Shown here one piece after another: positions 1 to 13,790 of a DNA stretch of 64,000 bases. The notes under the pieces are model-generated. The model saw only the letters and a list, made by a program, of their open reading frames with translations. It had not been told where the DNA came from and made no database searches. The stretch comes from Mobula hypostoma (lineage: Eukaryota). Each line of letters starts with the position of its first letter. Position 1 is the stretch's first letter. Both the position numbers and the translations under genes were made by a program. The stretch covers positions 141,112,001-141,176,000 of the forward strand of contig NC_086097.1 of NCBI RefSeq assembly GCF_963921235.1. Reading direction: 5' to 3'.

Positions 1-420
1 CGTCTATATTTTTTGCTGCCTCAATAAAGCAGCCACATAATTAAAGACCCTATTCAGCTCAGTCACTGTCTCTTCTCACACCAGGAGCATCCTTGTACCT
101 TCCCCAGGCTGAAGATACAAAAGCCTGAAAACACGGACCACCAAGGTGGTTTATATCCCACTGTTGTAAGACTATTGACTGTTTCCATAGTATGATAAGA
201 TGGACTCTTGAAATCACAATCTACCTCGTATTGACCTGCACCTTGCTGTCCACCTGCACTGCACTTTCTTTGTAATGCAGCACTTTATTCTGCACTCTCT
301 TATTGTATTACATTGTACTGCACTGTCTCAATGCATACTTGTGATAAATTGATCTGTATTAACACTAGCAAAAGAAATTTTTCACTGTACTTCAGCATAT
401 GTGACAATAATAAATCAATT
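1..420 (+). mobile_element. 3' end of a Rex1/Babar-like LINE (degenerate)
   Basis: Resembles the reverse complement of the Rex-Babar 3' regions elsewhere in the window (AAAGCAGCC...AAAGACCC, GAAGATACAAAAGCCTGAAA, AATAAT AAATCAATT tail). Confidence 0.5.
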
Positions 421-928
421 TACCAATTTACCGAAAGTTTTGAAATTGGATTTTGATTTCAGAAGGCTGCAGTGTGGTTGGACTGAAGTAACCGCACAAA
501 AATGTAGCACACACACATTGACAGATCAGAATGGGAGTGTAATGGAGAATGGAAAGGACAGGTAATAGGAGCCTCACAGTTGTCTCATGAGTATGTGCTC
601 TGCAAAGTGATTGGCCAGTCTCTGTTTTCTCTAGTGCAGAGGAGAGAATATTGGGAGCACTGAATTCACAATAAACTAGATTCAAGGTTCATATGAATTC
701 CTGCTTCCTTTGGAAGGACTACTTGAGGTGCCAGATGGTGAGAAGAGGTGACAGGACAGGTTTTATAACTCCTGTGGTTACATAAGAAGGTTCTTCAAGA
801 AGGAAAGTAGCTGTTGAAGATGGAAGAGTGATTTATTGAGTCTTACAGGGAATGGACCCGTCATCATACTGAAAGTGAATACTTGTCTGGTGGCAAAATC
901 TTGATAAAGGTGCCTGAAGTTGTGAAGC

Positions 929-1201
929 AACACACATCAAATTTGCTGGTGAACACAACAGGCCAGGCAGCATCTCTAGCAAGAGGTACAGTAGAAGTTT
1001 TGGGCTGACACCCTTCCTCAGGACTAACTGAAGGAAGAGCTAGTAAGAGATTTGAAAGTGGGAGGGAGAGGGGGAGATCCAAAATGATAGGGAGAAGGAA
1101 AGGGGGGAGAGAACCCACAGGATGGGCAAGGGGTATAGTCAGAGGGACAGAGGGAGAAAAGAGAGAGAGAGAGAAAGAGTGTGTGTACCCAGGAAGAAGG
1201 A
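929..1201 (-). mobile_element. 5'-truncated Penelope-like element
   Basis: Homologous to 40534-40900; flanked by a 13-bp direct repeat GAAGTTGTGAAGC (916-928 and 1202-1214). Confidence 0.75.
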
Positions 1202-1394
1202 GAAGTTGTGAAGCCTGGGTTTTACTGCCTGGGGGTAGGTTCAATCCTCCTTGCTGTTACCTTAGGAAAATTTGTGACAAAGGTCCTCTCCCAAAGTCTC
1301 CTTTCAATGGCTGAATAGTTCCCTCTCATTCGTAGCGTAGATTCTAACATCAAGAACATGAGAGGGTTTGTTGAGAATCCTATCTGAATAGCCT

Positions 1395-1420
1395 TGTGTG
1401 TGTGTGTGTGTGTGTGTGTG
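1395..1420. repeat. (TG)13 microsatellite
   Basis: Direct reading. Confidence 0.95.
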
Positions 1421-1887
1421 TATACACCAAACCAATGACTTTGGATCATTGGCTTCCGTGGTAGAGGGAAATCTCTACAATAGGGACTGGGTGCCCTTGA
1501 ACAAGATGGAGACCTGGGAACCAATATGCTAACAGGGAAATTTGCTTTTGCTGCCTGCAAAGGTTTGAATTAAATCTCCAGGGATGGGACTTGAGAGTGA
1601 AGTCAGTGAGGAGACAGGGTACATGCAGTGACCGAAGTGTTCAAGTCTATCAGTCAGGATCAACATCTTTACAGCGAAAGGGCAGATAGAGCCACTGCTT
1701 TAAATTGCATCTATTTCAATGCAGGAAGCTGTCAACAAAATATTATTTAAGTACATATATCACAATATCCTACCTTGAGATTAATTTTCCTGCAGGCATT
1801 TACAGGAAAATTAAAACTACAGGAGAATTGATGAAAATTTATACACAAAGAATGACAAACCAATGTGCAAAAGAAGACAAATTGTGT

Positions 1888-2020
1888 AAATAATATATAT
1901 ATAATTTATTATATGATACATATATAACATTATTATACAAAGTATAATTATATATTATATAGTATACCATGTATTATATAAATGTGTATAATATGTATAT
2001 AATTTATTATTTATGATTAT
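1888..2020. repeat. AT-rich low-complexity (TA)n-like tract
   Basis: Direct reading. Confidence 0.85.
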
Positions 2021-2024
2021 CCTT

Positions 2025-2292
2025 CCTAGCGGGTCACACCAGACAGTCAACCATTCTTGTCTGGCGCGTGGCGTCAGGATTGGTCTCCTTCTGGATTAAC
2101 CGGGTTACGATATGAACGTTCCTGACTCGACCCTTGTTTTTTACGAGGCCGAGTGGCTAGCTCGACGCTCAACCCAGCGCGAATGGAAAGTGTGCTCGGG
2201 GGGGGCGGGTAGAGGGTTGGCCCGACTTGGATTCGAACTCGGGAGTCTTTGCTTCGAAGTCCAGCGCTGATGTCACTGCGCCACCAGCCGGC
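2025..2292 (-). mobile_element. tRNA-derived SINE
   Basis: On the minus strand, A box TGGCGCAGTG (2283-2274) and B box GTTCGAATCC (2238-2229), followed by a non-tRNA body. Confidence 0.75.
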
Positions 2293-2319
2293 ATTTATAA
2301 TCATATATTATTTATTTAT

Positions 2320-2640
2320 AAATAAATAGAAGAGAACTTGGCCTAAATGGTGGGGGTCTTTGATGATTGATGCTGCCTTCAGCTGGCAGTGAGCCTTGTA
2401 AATGTGCTCAGTGATGGGGAGGGTTTTGCATGTGATATACTGGGCTGTGTCCACCACTTTCTGTAGACTTCTCCATTCCTGGGCATTGGTATTTCCATAC
2501 AAGGCTGTGATACAACCAGGTAAGATACATTCCATTGTGCATCTATACAGCGTTGTCAGAGTTTTAGATGTCATGCCGAATCTACAGAAACTTCTATGAA
2601 GGTAGAGATGCTGTCATTCCTTCTTTGTGATGGCACTTAC
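2320..2640 (-). mobile_element. Rex1/Babar-like RT C-terminal fragment
   Basis: ORF 2308-2574 (YRCTMECILPGCITALYGN...LQKVVDTAQYIT...KAASIIKDPHH). Confidence 0.7.
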
Positions 2641-2649
2641 ATGATTGCT

Positions 2650-3478
2650 TAACATATATGATGGTCAAACTCAGGAGATTTGCCCACCTTAATATGCTTC
2701 GTCTGCAAGTACCTCCTTCCTTGTAATATGCATATGATCCAAGACCTCACTACTTATTACCCTCATTTCTTTGGCATCCATGATATTCTCCTTAATAAAT
2801 ATCAAGAAGAAATAGATGTTAATTTTTCAGCCATCTCTTCCAGCTCCACAGATAGTTAACCCTGATGGTCTTTAAGAGGACTCAATTTCTCTTGAGTCAC
2901 CCTTTTACTTTTAATTTAACTGGAACCTCCTGGAATCATCTTTAATCCTGTCTGCCAAATCCAGCTCCTACACTCTTTTTGCCCTCCTGATTTCTCTCTT
3001 AAGCTTGCTATTAAACTTGTTACATTCATGAAGGGATTCATTTATACCCAGCTGTTTAAATGCAATGTGAATTTCCATTCTTTCCATGACTTGATCTTTG
3101 ATATCTCTCGGTAGCCAGGTTTCACTGAACGTGATATATCCACCCTCAGTCTAACAGGAGCATGCTGGTACTGGACTCGTAAAATGCCCCTTTCAAAAGC
3201 CGCCCAGTTGCCAGCTGTCCCCTTGCATTTAAATAGTCACCCAGTTGACCCCAGCTAGATCCTTCCTAATGCTTTTAAAGTTGGCCTTGCTTCAGTTCGA
3301 GATTTTAACCTGTAGGCCTCTCTATCTTTTCACATACTATTTTAAAATCTAATAGAATTGTGGTCACTGGACTCAGAGTGCTCCCCAGCTGCCATTTCAG
3401 ATTCTCATTCCACCTCATTATCTAAGAGGAGGTCCAATATTATCTTTACCCAAGTAGGTTGTCCAGCCCTTCTCTCAG
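2650..3478 (-). mobile_element. Degenerate CR1-like LINE ORF2 fragments (host of the Gypsy insertion)
   Basis: Similar to the minus-strand CR1 APE-region blocks later in the window. Confidence 0.55.
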
Positions 3479-6400
3479 TGTCTCAACCATGGACTTGGCC
3501 ATCGAGTCTGTGCACCCTTGCAGCTGAAAGGGGTCGTCAATCACACTCATGAGAGTGTACATTCCAGCCAAGTAGGTTTTCTTTGTGGTTGTATTTAGTT
3601 CCTTTTCTTTTGTTTCAGTCTTGTGAAGTCTTGACCAAAGCACAGTGACAGCAATGCTCTCTGTTTTCCTCAGTCCATGTTCTGGGAAAGAAGACTCCAA
3701 TGTAGATTGACACTCTGAAGGACCAGGATTAACTTAGTATTAAGTTACTGCTTCCAAGCTACAGTGTCGGTCTTAGTTTTTAGTTAGCAACCCTGTAGGC
3801 CAAGCATTTCTTTTCTTTTTGTTCTGTAGAGCTCTTACTGAAATTCAGTGAACTATTCATTCTTCTTCAGTGCCTCTCCCTCTGCACTTGGGCCATCACC
3901 AAACACCTTGTCAGCAAGACTTGGCCATAAAAATGGACCCAGCAGAGAGAGAATAGCTGACTATTGCCCTGAAATTCATTGGTCAGGTAGGAGATAAGTT
4001 AATCAGTGGAGGCTGAGTTGGCAGAAGTGGCTCACTCAGTGCCACAACTACTCTCAGAGCAGCAAGTCTGCACAAACTAAACTTCATTGGTCAGATGGAA
4101 GAGAAGTTAAAGTCAATAGCGATCAGCAGGGCCCAGGCCCGAGAGCATATTGAAGAGGCAGGCCCACGTCCAAGAGTGAGGAATGACCCGAGCTTCGGCC
4201 AATTTAAGCACTGGGCAAGATTAAAAGGTCAAGGTATTGGGGCAGGAGGCCAAGGATTGGCCAGATTTACTTGTCGCTGTGTTCTACTGAGGCTGTGGGC
4301 TGCAATTAACAGACTTATAGATTGGCTACAACTGGCTTTGTGACTCTGGGCTCACTTTCATGAACTTCAGTTCTGAATGTTATTTGCTAACTTTTATTGT
4401 TTGCATGATTTTTTTTCTGCACAATGGGTGTTGGCGGTCTTTTTTAATGGGTTCTATTGGGTTTATTTCTTTTGTAGCTGCCTGTAAGGAGATGAAGCTC
4501 AAGGTTGTGTCTCATATACATGCATTGATAATAAGTGTATTTTGAACTTTGAAATGGCTCACACAGTGCAGCAACTACTTTGAGAGCAGCAAATCCAATC
4601 CAAGCAGGAAGAACAGGTGTCAGCTCTCAAAGTGACGGTTCAGCAACCCACCATAGTTCACAGAGGAGCCTATACAGGTGGGGAGCTTTCAGCTATCTCA
4701 GGAGGAATGAGAATGCTGCTGGAGAACGGGTTACAGCTACTGCTGGCTCTCTAAGACACTTCCGGGAATCATGCCCCTATCACCCAGTAAAAGAGGATAC
4801 CCATAAGCAACAAGAAGAATTTAGACTAGTTGGTGCTCCCTGCAAGCATCTTCCCCTAACTGAGTAATGCTCCCCACTTCGCTGTTGTGGGGGATCCACA
4901 GCCATGAACTTCAGGCATTTTTTGACTCTGACAGCCAGGAATTTCTTGAATATCTCTCTGCCTCACTGATGAGGAGTTCCCACTCAATAATTGAGAGAGA
5001 ATATTGATGTCAAGGGTCTGTATGGATGGCTCCTGGACTCCAGCAGGATCCACCTTTCCAAAGTACCCCTCCAACTTGTGCTAGAAGGCAACAATATGGC
5101 ACAGCTCCCTTCCTATCTTGTCGATTCACCTATTTTGTTGTTTGATCTTCCCTGGCTACCTAGGCGCAACTATAGATCAATTGTTCCTAAAGGTGCTCCA
5201 AGAGAAGGGCCAGCATGCTGTCTACCTGTCTGGATCCAGCTGAAGTATCTATCAGCATATCCCCTCCTATGCCAAATTCTAGTGTGTTCCATTTGAACAT
5301 GCTAACCTTCTTGAGGTCTTCAGTGAGAAAAAGGCCACCTCCCTGCCTCCACACCAGCCATATGACTACACCATTGACCAATAATCTAGTCCTCCCCGGG
5401 GCCGGCTCTTTCCCCTGTCCCATCCTGAAACAGTGGACATGGAAGAATACATCAAGGAGACATTGGCCTTAGGATTCATCTGTCCATCAACCTCACCAAA
5501 AGGAGCAGGCTACTTTTTTTGGGATGGCAATCTCTATCATTGATTATCAGCCTCTCAAAAACAACATGGTGAAGAACCATTACGACCTTCCCCTGTTTGC
5601 CTCTGCCTTTGAATATCTCCGGGGAACAACCATATTCTGCAAGATACAGTAATGTTTACAACCTGATTCACATTGGAGAAGAGGATGAGTGAAAGACAGC
5701 ATTCAACACCTCCACCGGCCACTATGAATACCTTGTGATGCCATTTGGTCAGGCCAAGGCCCCACAGCTGTTATTCAGGTCCAGGTTAATGAAGAGATCC
5801 CGGACATGTTGAATAAGTTTGTTTTTGTGTGTTTGGATGACTTTCTTATTTATTCCCACTCTCACCAGGAACACGTCCAGCATGTCCAGGGGGTTCTCAG
5901 ATGGCTCCTTGAAGACAACCTTTATGCCAAGCCAGAGAAGTGTGAGTTCCACAAAGAGCAGCTGTCATTTTTGGACTGCATCCTCGCCCCTTCCAGTACT
6001 TAAATGAACCCATGTAAAGTTCAGGCAGTCACAGAGTGGCCAGAACAACTATGATCAAACAGGTGAGGCACTTTCTGGGGTCTGCAACCTTTCAACATCA
6101 CTTCATCTGAAACTTCAGTTCCATCATGGCTCCCATACAGTAAATGCACTCACTAAGACGACCTTTGTAGGATTGCTCGACAAGTGAACCGTGCCAGCGT
6201 TCTCAGAGCTAAAGTGAAGCTTCACTACTGCCCCAGCAGCCCAGTCCAGACTCATCCCATCCACTCATCATCCAGGTTGATGCATCCAATGTCCGTGTTG
6301 GAGCTGTACTCTCCCACTGCTCTTCTGTAGAAGATTGGCTGCACCTCGGTGCTTTTGTTTCCTGCCGTTTGACTCCTGCAGAGTGTACCTATGATGTCAG

Positions 6401-7748
6401 GAACTGAGAACTGACTGTCAGGAAGGCCCTGGAGGCATGCCAATACTGGTTGAAGGAGGAAGCTCACTCTTTTCTGTATGGACATATCACAAGTACTTCT
6501 CCTACACACGTGATGGCAAGAGCCTCAATATCTGTCAAGCCCGTTGGGCACTCTTCTTCACCCGGTTTAATTTCACCCTCTCCTATCATCCTGGTAGCAA
6601 AATACCAAAGCTGATGCTCTCTCACATCAGCTTGATGTCTCTGAGGTCGACGCCAATCTAGATCACATCCTTCCTCGCACATGCATAGTTGTTCCAGTGA
6701 TTTCGGGAATAAAAACAGATGAGAACTGCCCAATAGCCAGATCCAGGCCCGTCTGGTTCTCCCTGCATCTGTGTGCACCCAAATGTTGGCCTGGGGTCAC
6801 TCTTCCCATCTGGTTGGCCATTCAGGGATTCAACAGATCCTGGAATTCATGAAGAGATAATTTTCATGGCAGTCTATGTCCATCACTTTGTCTCTGCCTG
6901 TCCCGTTGTGCCCAGAACAAGACATCACACCAGCTCCCTGCTGGTCTGCTCTACCCACTGCCTGTGCCTCTCTCCCCCAGTCCCACCTCTCAGTGGATTT
7001 CATCACTGGTCTGCCTCTGTCAGATGGAAACACTACCATCCTGGTAGTTGTGGACCGGCTCTCTAAAGCAGCCCACCTCATTGCTCTCCCCAAGTTCCCA
7101 TCGGCTCGTGAAACTGCCACCTTCTTGGTTCAGCTTGTGTTCAGGCTGCACAGCTTCCCTCGGGACAGCAGGTCTGACTGAGGAGCACAGTTGATGTCCC
7201 ATTGTTGGAAAGCTTTCTGTTCTCCTTCGGAAGCCTCGGACAGCCTCTCATCTCTTTTCTACCCCCAATGTAATGGCGAGACTAAGAGAGTGAATGAGGA
7301 GCTGGAGACAAGCCTGTATGGCCTTGTCTCTTCCAACTCCATGACCTGGAGCTCCCAACTCAGAGATTGCCCATAATAAGCTGGACAAGCATGCCCTCCT
7401 TTGAATGGCAAAATGGATTCCAGCCACTGATCTTCCCAGACCGTGATTAACATGGGAGTTCATGCTGTTGAACAGTTGGTACAAAGCTGCAAGCACACAT
7501 GGAGATGGGCCAGGGCTTCCCTGCTGCACACTCAGAAACTATATGCCCAGCAGGATGATCAGCTCCTCCGAGAGGTGAGGCTTCTCAATCCAGGGAGAAG
7601 GCCTGGCTGGTATCTAGAGATCTTCCTTTCAAAGTTGGGAGACGCAAGTTTGCCCCATGCTATGTGGGACTATTCATAGTGGAGAAGGCTATCAATCGAT
7701 CTTCTTAGAGACTATGCCGGCAATCATCTGTTAAGATTCACTTAGTAT

Positions 7749-8609
7749 TGTCATGGTTCGGTCCGTTAACTACTCATTTCAGTTAATTTCCTTTTCCCCG
7801 TGTCTCACCGGGCTCCTTGATTAGGGCACCTGATCCTCATTCGAACCAGCAGTATAAAAACTCTGGTTTACATCTACTCGCTGCTGGTTCATCACCTCAG
7901 CACAGCGGCTATGCTCGGTCCGAGCCGCCAAGAACAAGGAACCGACTCCAGGCCATCAAGAATAAAGGACCGTCTTTCGAGCTGCCATACATATTGTCTG
8001 TCATTTTTTTTTGTCATCTTGTGTCCGGCTGAGTATTGCTGGCCGTTTGCCGCTGCTCCGAGCTGCGATACAAATTGTCTATCATTGTTTGTTTTCGTCG
8101 TCTTGTGTCCAGCTAAATGTTGCCGGCCGTTTTGTCACCGCTCTGAGCCGGGATGCTAGTGGTCTGTTATTGTTTTGTTTTGTCGAGTCCGAGTCCCGGT
8201 CCCAGTCAAGGCGCCAAGTCCCAGTCCAAGTCAAGGCTTCATGTCCAGTCAAATAACTGCTGGCCATTTGCTGCTTCATGAGCTTCTCCATGTCAGGATA
8301 TGTGTTGTCTGTTATTGTTTGGTGTAGTCATATCGTTTCCAGCTGAGTAGGTCTGGCCATTTGCCGGTACTCTGAGTTGGGAATTCTGTCTCTTCATATC
8401 CCAGTCCAAGTCCAGGCTCTGTGTTGCAGTCAAATCCTAGTCTATGCTCTGTGTTCCAGTCAAGTCCAAATCCAGGCTCTGTGTTCCAGTCAAGTCCAAG
8501 CCCAGGCTTCGAGTCCAAGTCAAGTCCAAGTCCGTCTCCATGTCAAGTCTCCGTGCCTGTGTCCTGCACTTGGGTCCACTTCTGCTTCCAGTCACCACGC
8601 ATTGCAATA
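7749..8609 (+). mobile_element. Solo-LTR-like insertion (861 bp) of a different family, nested in the Gypsy
   Basis: Absent from the paralogous sites at ~34710 and ~49550. Starts TGTCA; 5-bp direct repeat AGTAT at 7744-7748 and 8610-8614; internal TATAAAA. Confidence 0.7.
8400..8540. repeat. ~30-bp minisatellite (CCAGTCAAGTCCAAGTCCAGGCTCTGTGTT-like) inside the solo LTR
   Basis: Three to four degenerate tandem copies read directly. Confidence 0.8.
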
Positions 8610-9164
8610 AGTATTCCATGTTCCCCAGGTCACACTGCTGACTTCCTCCCACCTTGCTCCAGTTACACCCTCTCCCTCCTCTCCTCTTGGTGGATGGGTT
8701 ACTGGTCTATTGTGTGACCTCCTGGACAAGTCTCATGATGTGGGGGGGGGTGGAGGAGGAGAGAGGGTGGTGATCTGTCACAACCATGGACTCTGCTGTG
8801 GAGTCTGGACACACTCACAGGTGGGCAGCTGAAAGGTCATCAGCAATCACGCCCATGAGAATGCACATTCCGGCCAATTAAGGTTGCACTGTACTTTCAT
8901 CTAACTCCCTCCCTTCATTCTTGTCGAGTCTTGACTGAAGCACAGTGATGGTGACACTCCCCTGCTTACTTTAGCCCACATTCCAAGAAAGAAGACCGCA
9001 ATTTAGATTAACACCTTAAAGGAGTGGTATTAATTTAATATTAAATTACTGCCTCCGATGCTCAGTGTCAGCATTAGCTTTTTAGTTAGTAGCCCTATTA
9101 GCTTCACATTTATTTTTTTCCTTTTGTTTTGTACAGTTCTAATTAAAATTTAGTTTACCCGAGG

Positions 9165-12100
9165 GTCAGTGTTGGGACCTCTGTTATTAATTATTATGTA
9201 AATGATTTGCATGTGAACGTATATAGCACGATGTTCACTATATCCTCAATCTTGATATCATCGGCAAATTTGTTAGAAACACAGAAACATAGAAAACCTA
9301 CAGCACATTACAGGCCCTTCAGCCCACAAAGCTGTGCCGGACATGTCCCTAACTTAGAACTACCTAGGCTGTACCAATGTCCCTCTATTTTTCTAAGCTC
9401 TATGTAGCCATACAGGAGTATCTTAAAAGACACTATCGTTTTAGCATCCACCACTGTGCCAGCAGCCCATTCTCACCACTCACTGCATAAAAAACTTAAC
9501 CTGACATCTCCTCTGTACCTACTTCCAAGCACCTTGATCCAGTTTAACATATTGTCATTTAGATCATTAATATAAGTGACCTACAACAATGGATCAAGCA
9601 CTGATTCCTGCAGCACAGCACTAGTCACAGACCTCCAGGCAGAGAGACAAACATTAACCACCTTTCTCTGGCTACTTCTGCTAAGCCAATATTCAATCTA
9701 ACTGACTTCATCCTGAATGCCAAGCGACTTAATCTTCTTGACGAGTCTGCCATGTAGAAATTTATCAAAGGCCTTTCTAAACATGACTGCGTTCCCATTA
9801 TCAAACTTCTTGGTAACCACTTTTAAAAAATCTCTATAAATTAGTTAGACATGACTTACCACGCATTAAGCAATATTGCTTCTCTCTTATCAGGCCCTGT
9901 CATTCCAAACACTGGTACATGTACATTCTGTCCATCATTAACCTTCGGATAATTTACCCACAACTAATGTCACTTTTACCAGGCTCTAATTTCCTGTTTA
10001 TTCTTAGAACCATTCTTAAATGTTAGCGACCCTCCAGTCCTCCAGTACCTCACCCATGGGTAAGGATGTTTTAAATATTACTGCCAAGGCCCCTGTAATT
10101 TCTGCACTCGCCTCCCACAGGGTTGGATGGGACACCTCGTCAGGCCTTTGGGATTTATTCACCCTAAATTCTTCTCAAGGCAGCAAGCACTTCCTCTTCT
10201 GTAATCAGGGCATGGTCCATGACCTCCAGTGTTTTGCCAGATTCTATGGTATCTGTGTCTGTCTCCTGAGTAAATGCAAACACAAAAATAGAACATTTAA
10301 TATTTTCCCCATCTCCTTTAGCTCCATGCATATATGACCAACTTAATCTTCAAGAAGACCAATTTCGTCCCTTGCTATCCTCTTGCTCCAAACATACCCT
10401 GGATTTTGCTTCAGCTTGACTGCTGAAGCAACCATTTATCCCTTTTCAGCCTTCCTGATCTTTCACCTGTGTTCTCTTGCATGTCTTATATTCCTCAAGT
10501 GCCTCATTTAACACTAGCTGCCAATACCTGATTGATATGTGCTCCTTTTTGTTTACCAACTCCTCATATCCCATGATAATTAAGGTTCCTTCAACCTGTG
10601 AGCTTTGCTTTTTATCCTAATAGAAATACACATATTGTGTACTCTCAATACTCAATTCTGCTGAAGGACACCCACTGCCAGTGTCTCTTTGTTAGAAAAC
10701 AACCTATCCCTATCCACACCTGGCAGATTGCTTCTGATGCCATCAGAATTGCTCTTCCACCAGTTTAGAATCTTAACTTGAAAACCCTATACAATCTCCT
10801 TAATTATTCTGAAGTCGATGGAATTATGATCACTATATCAAAGCGTTTCCCTATATTCACTTCTGTCACTTGCCCTGTCTCATTTCCTAAGAAGAGATCC
10901 AATATTATGTTCTATTTAGGTGGGAACTCTACATATTGATAATGATTCTTTCCAGAACACATTTGACAAATTCAACCTCATCCAGTTCTTTTACAGTATG
11001 CGAGTCACAGACAACATGCAGAAAGTTAAAATCACCCGCTATCTCAACCTGAACACTAGAGATTCTGCAGATGCTAGAAATCCAGAGTAACACAAATAAC
11101 ATCCTGGAGGAACTCATGAGGTCAGGTTTTCCCATGAAATGGAATAAAACGCCAATGCTTCAGGTCAATACCCTTCATCAGCACCCTTCATGAATCCTAA
11201 TGTAGGGTCTCAGCCAAAAACATTGACTGCTTATTCCTTTCTGTAGTTGCTGCCTTCCTTGCTGAGTTACTCTTAAATCTTGTATGTCTTACTGTAACAA
11301 CCTTATATTTCTTGCAACTGTCTAGTATGTCCCTATGAATGTATTCCACCAAATCCTGCTCACTATTAGAAATCCTGTAAAGTCCCATTAACATGGCCAT
11401 CCATTTTTTGGTTCCACAGATTCACGTACATTGCCTTGGCAGATGAGTCTTCCGTGCATCATCTGAGCATTGCTGTGACATTATCCCTGATGGGTAATGT
11501 ATGAGTACTCCCCCCCCCCACCCTTTTAATAACTCCTTCCCTGTCATGCAGAATGCCAGAGCATTGGGCTGTCAGTCCTCAGCACCCCCACCCCCCGCTC
11601 CTGTAACCATGTCTGAATAATGGTTACAACATCATTAGTACATGCATGGATCCATGCTCTATGTACATCAGCCTTACCTACAACTGTCCTTGTTTTGCAA
11701 TGGATGCAAGTCAGAACGTTTATCCACCCTGCTCAATCTTGCAGTTTCCATCTCTCCATAAAAACAAGAAATGCTGCAGATGCTGGGAATCCAAAGCAAC
11801 ATCCACAAAATCTTTGCTCGAAGTCATTACATCTCTTTTTTTCCACAACCACTTCATTGCTGTCCTATCACTCTGGATACCATCCCTCTTAAACATTAGT
11901 TTAAACACTTCCGAGCAGGATTAGCAAAGCGTCCTGTAAGAATATTGGTTCCTCTCCAGTTTGGGTGAAAACTGTCCTATTTGCAGAGATCCCACCTGCC
12001 CTGGAATGGAGTTCAGTGATCCAAAACATCTGAAGCCCTCTACAATGCACCATTGCTTAGCCAAATGTTAAACTGCACTGTCTTCCTTATTTTTGTCTCA

Positions 12101-13790
12101 CTAGCCTGGACAGCAATCCTGACATCTCCATCTTGGAAGTCCTTTCTTTTGACTTAGCACCTAACTCCCTGCACACATTTTGCAGGTCCTCGTCACTTTT
12201 CCTGTTTAAAATATTGGTACCAATGTTTACCATGACTTGTGGCTTCTCACCCTCTCCCTTAAGATGGCTATGGACTCAATTCAACATATCTTTGATCCTC
12301 TATACCTGGGAGGCAATGTACCATCCAAGTGTCTTGTTCTTCTCTCAGATCCTCCTGTCTGATTCACTAAACAATGCTAAAGAATGACCTCCATCACTAC
12401 TACTGGCCTCTTCTTCCTAAACACTCCCATCTTCCTTTCTGAACCAAAGAGACATACTGAGTGCGGAGACCACTGACCACTGATAGGTCATCTCCCTAAA
12501 ACTATCTAAAATTATATACCTGTTGAGAGGAATGGCCACATGGGTATTCTGCACTGTCTGCCAATACCCCTCCCCTATCTTCATCATCACCCAGCTACCT
12601 GTTTCCAGCAACATAGGGATAACTATCTCTCTGTAACTCCTATCAACCCCTCAAGCTTCTGAATGACCTGAAGGTGATCTAGCATCAGCTCCAATTCCCT
12701 AATGCAGTTTGTAAATGTGGATGCACTTATCACAGGTACAGACATCTCCCTAATTTCCATGTCACACAAGAGAAGCACACCACTGCTCTAGCTCCTACTC
12801 CCTCTGGTGTCTCTGTGTAACAAAAAAGAAAGAAGTTAGAAGAACTTAAACTTGTAGAAGTTTATTAAATCATGAGGGGTATAGACCGGTCATAGCCTTT
12901 TCCCCAGCATTGGAGAGACAAAAACTACAGGACACTGATACAAGATAATAGAGAAAAGATATAAAAGAGACCTAAAAGATAATTTCTTTATGCAAAGGAT
13001 AGTGAGCTGCCTGAGGAAGTGGTTGAGATGGTGCATTTGTAATATTTAAGATGTATTTGCATCGGTAAATGGAAGGAAAGGGCTTGAAGAACTATGACTC
13101 AAATGCAGCAGCTGGAATTAGCAGGGAGGATGCTGTGGTCAGCATGGACCATTTGGGCCGAAAGACCTATATCCATATTCAAATATATCAACTTCCAGCT
13201 CTTAGCTTTATCCCTTTAAATAGTGAGGAAGTACATGTGGATTCATTGTCCATTCAGAAATCTGATAGAAAAATGTAATGCTGAGTCTTTATAAGAGATC
13301 GGTAGACTATATATGGAATATTGTGAGTAATTTTGGCTCCATACCCGAGAAAGAATGCATTGGCATTAGAAAGGGTCCAGAGGAGGTTAAAGAGACTGGT
13401 TCCAGGAATGAAAGGGTTATCACATAAGGACGTTTGATGGTAGCAGGCCTGTTCTCGCTGGAGCCTAGAAGACTACGGGATATCTCTTTGAAACCTACTG
13501 AATATGTTAAGGCCTGGACGATGAGAGGATTTTTCCGGTAGTGGGGGAGTCCAGGACCAAAGGCACATAATACAACATCATTTCAGAACAGAGACGAGGA
13601 GGAATTTCTGAGAATCTGTGAAATTCATTGCCACAAACGGCCATGGAGGCCAAGTTATTGGGTTTATTGAAGCGGAGGCTCTTAGGTACTTGATTAGTCA
13701 TAGTGTCAAAGGGTAATCGGAGAAGACAAGAAAGGGAAAAGGAAACAGATATGATTAAATGGCCGAGCTGACTCAATGGATCGAATGGCC
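9165..13790. mobile_element. Mosaic of CR1 LINE fragments in both orientations, with an inserted Penelope-derived palindrome (~11050-11290) and a unit-1-specific CR1 3' end (~9277-9535)
   Basis: GSVLGPLL-type RT coding, TTCTATGT-type tail, APE-like minus-strand coding; paralogous blocks at ~18950-23690, ~35395-40400 and ~50235-58280. Confidence 0.7.

Larger units (their letters stand above)
3479..9160 (+). mobile_element. Decayed full-length Gypsy/Ty3 LTR retrotransposon. 5' LTR ~3479-3913, gag ATG 3933, protease/RT/RNase H/integrase, 3' LTR from 8776 truncated by CR1.
   Basis: Two homologous LTRs starting TGTC. RT peptide FVFVCLDDFLIYS...YAKPEKCEF (5806-6003), RNase H QARWALFFTRFNF (6437-6661), integrase SVDFITGLP...[11 protein letters not shown] (6876-7181), purine-rich PPT before 8776. 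Many stops and frameshifts. Confidence 0.85.

Noticed and set aside
430-1560. Older Penelope-like RT/EN remnants around the 929-1201 insertion
   Set aside because: Only patchy resemblance with no convincing motif-bearing frame, so it was not annotated.
3641-3647. Perfect CACAGTG heptamers in LTR/gag sequence (also 4562 and 8941)
   Set aside because: No nonamer at 12 or 23 nt spacing and no adjacent V, D or J coding sequence.
8400-8540. Repeat array that could be mistaken for CRISPR or a repetitive protein (GLGLDWNTEP)
   Set aside because: Contiguous degenerate tandem repeats without unique spacers, inside an LTR in a vertebrate genome.
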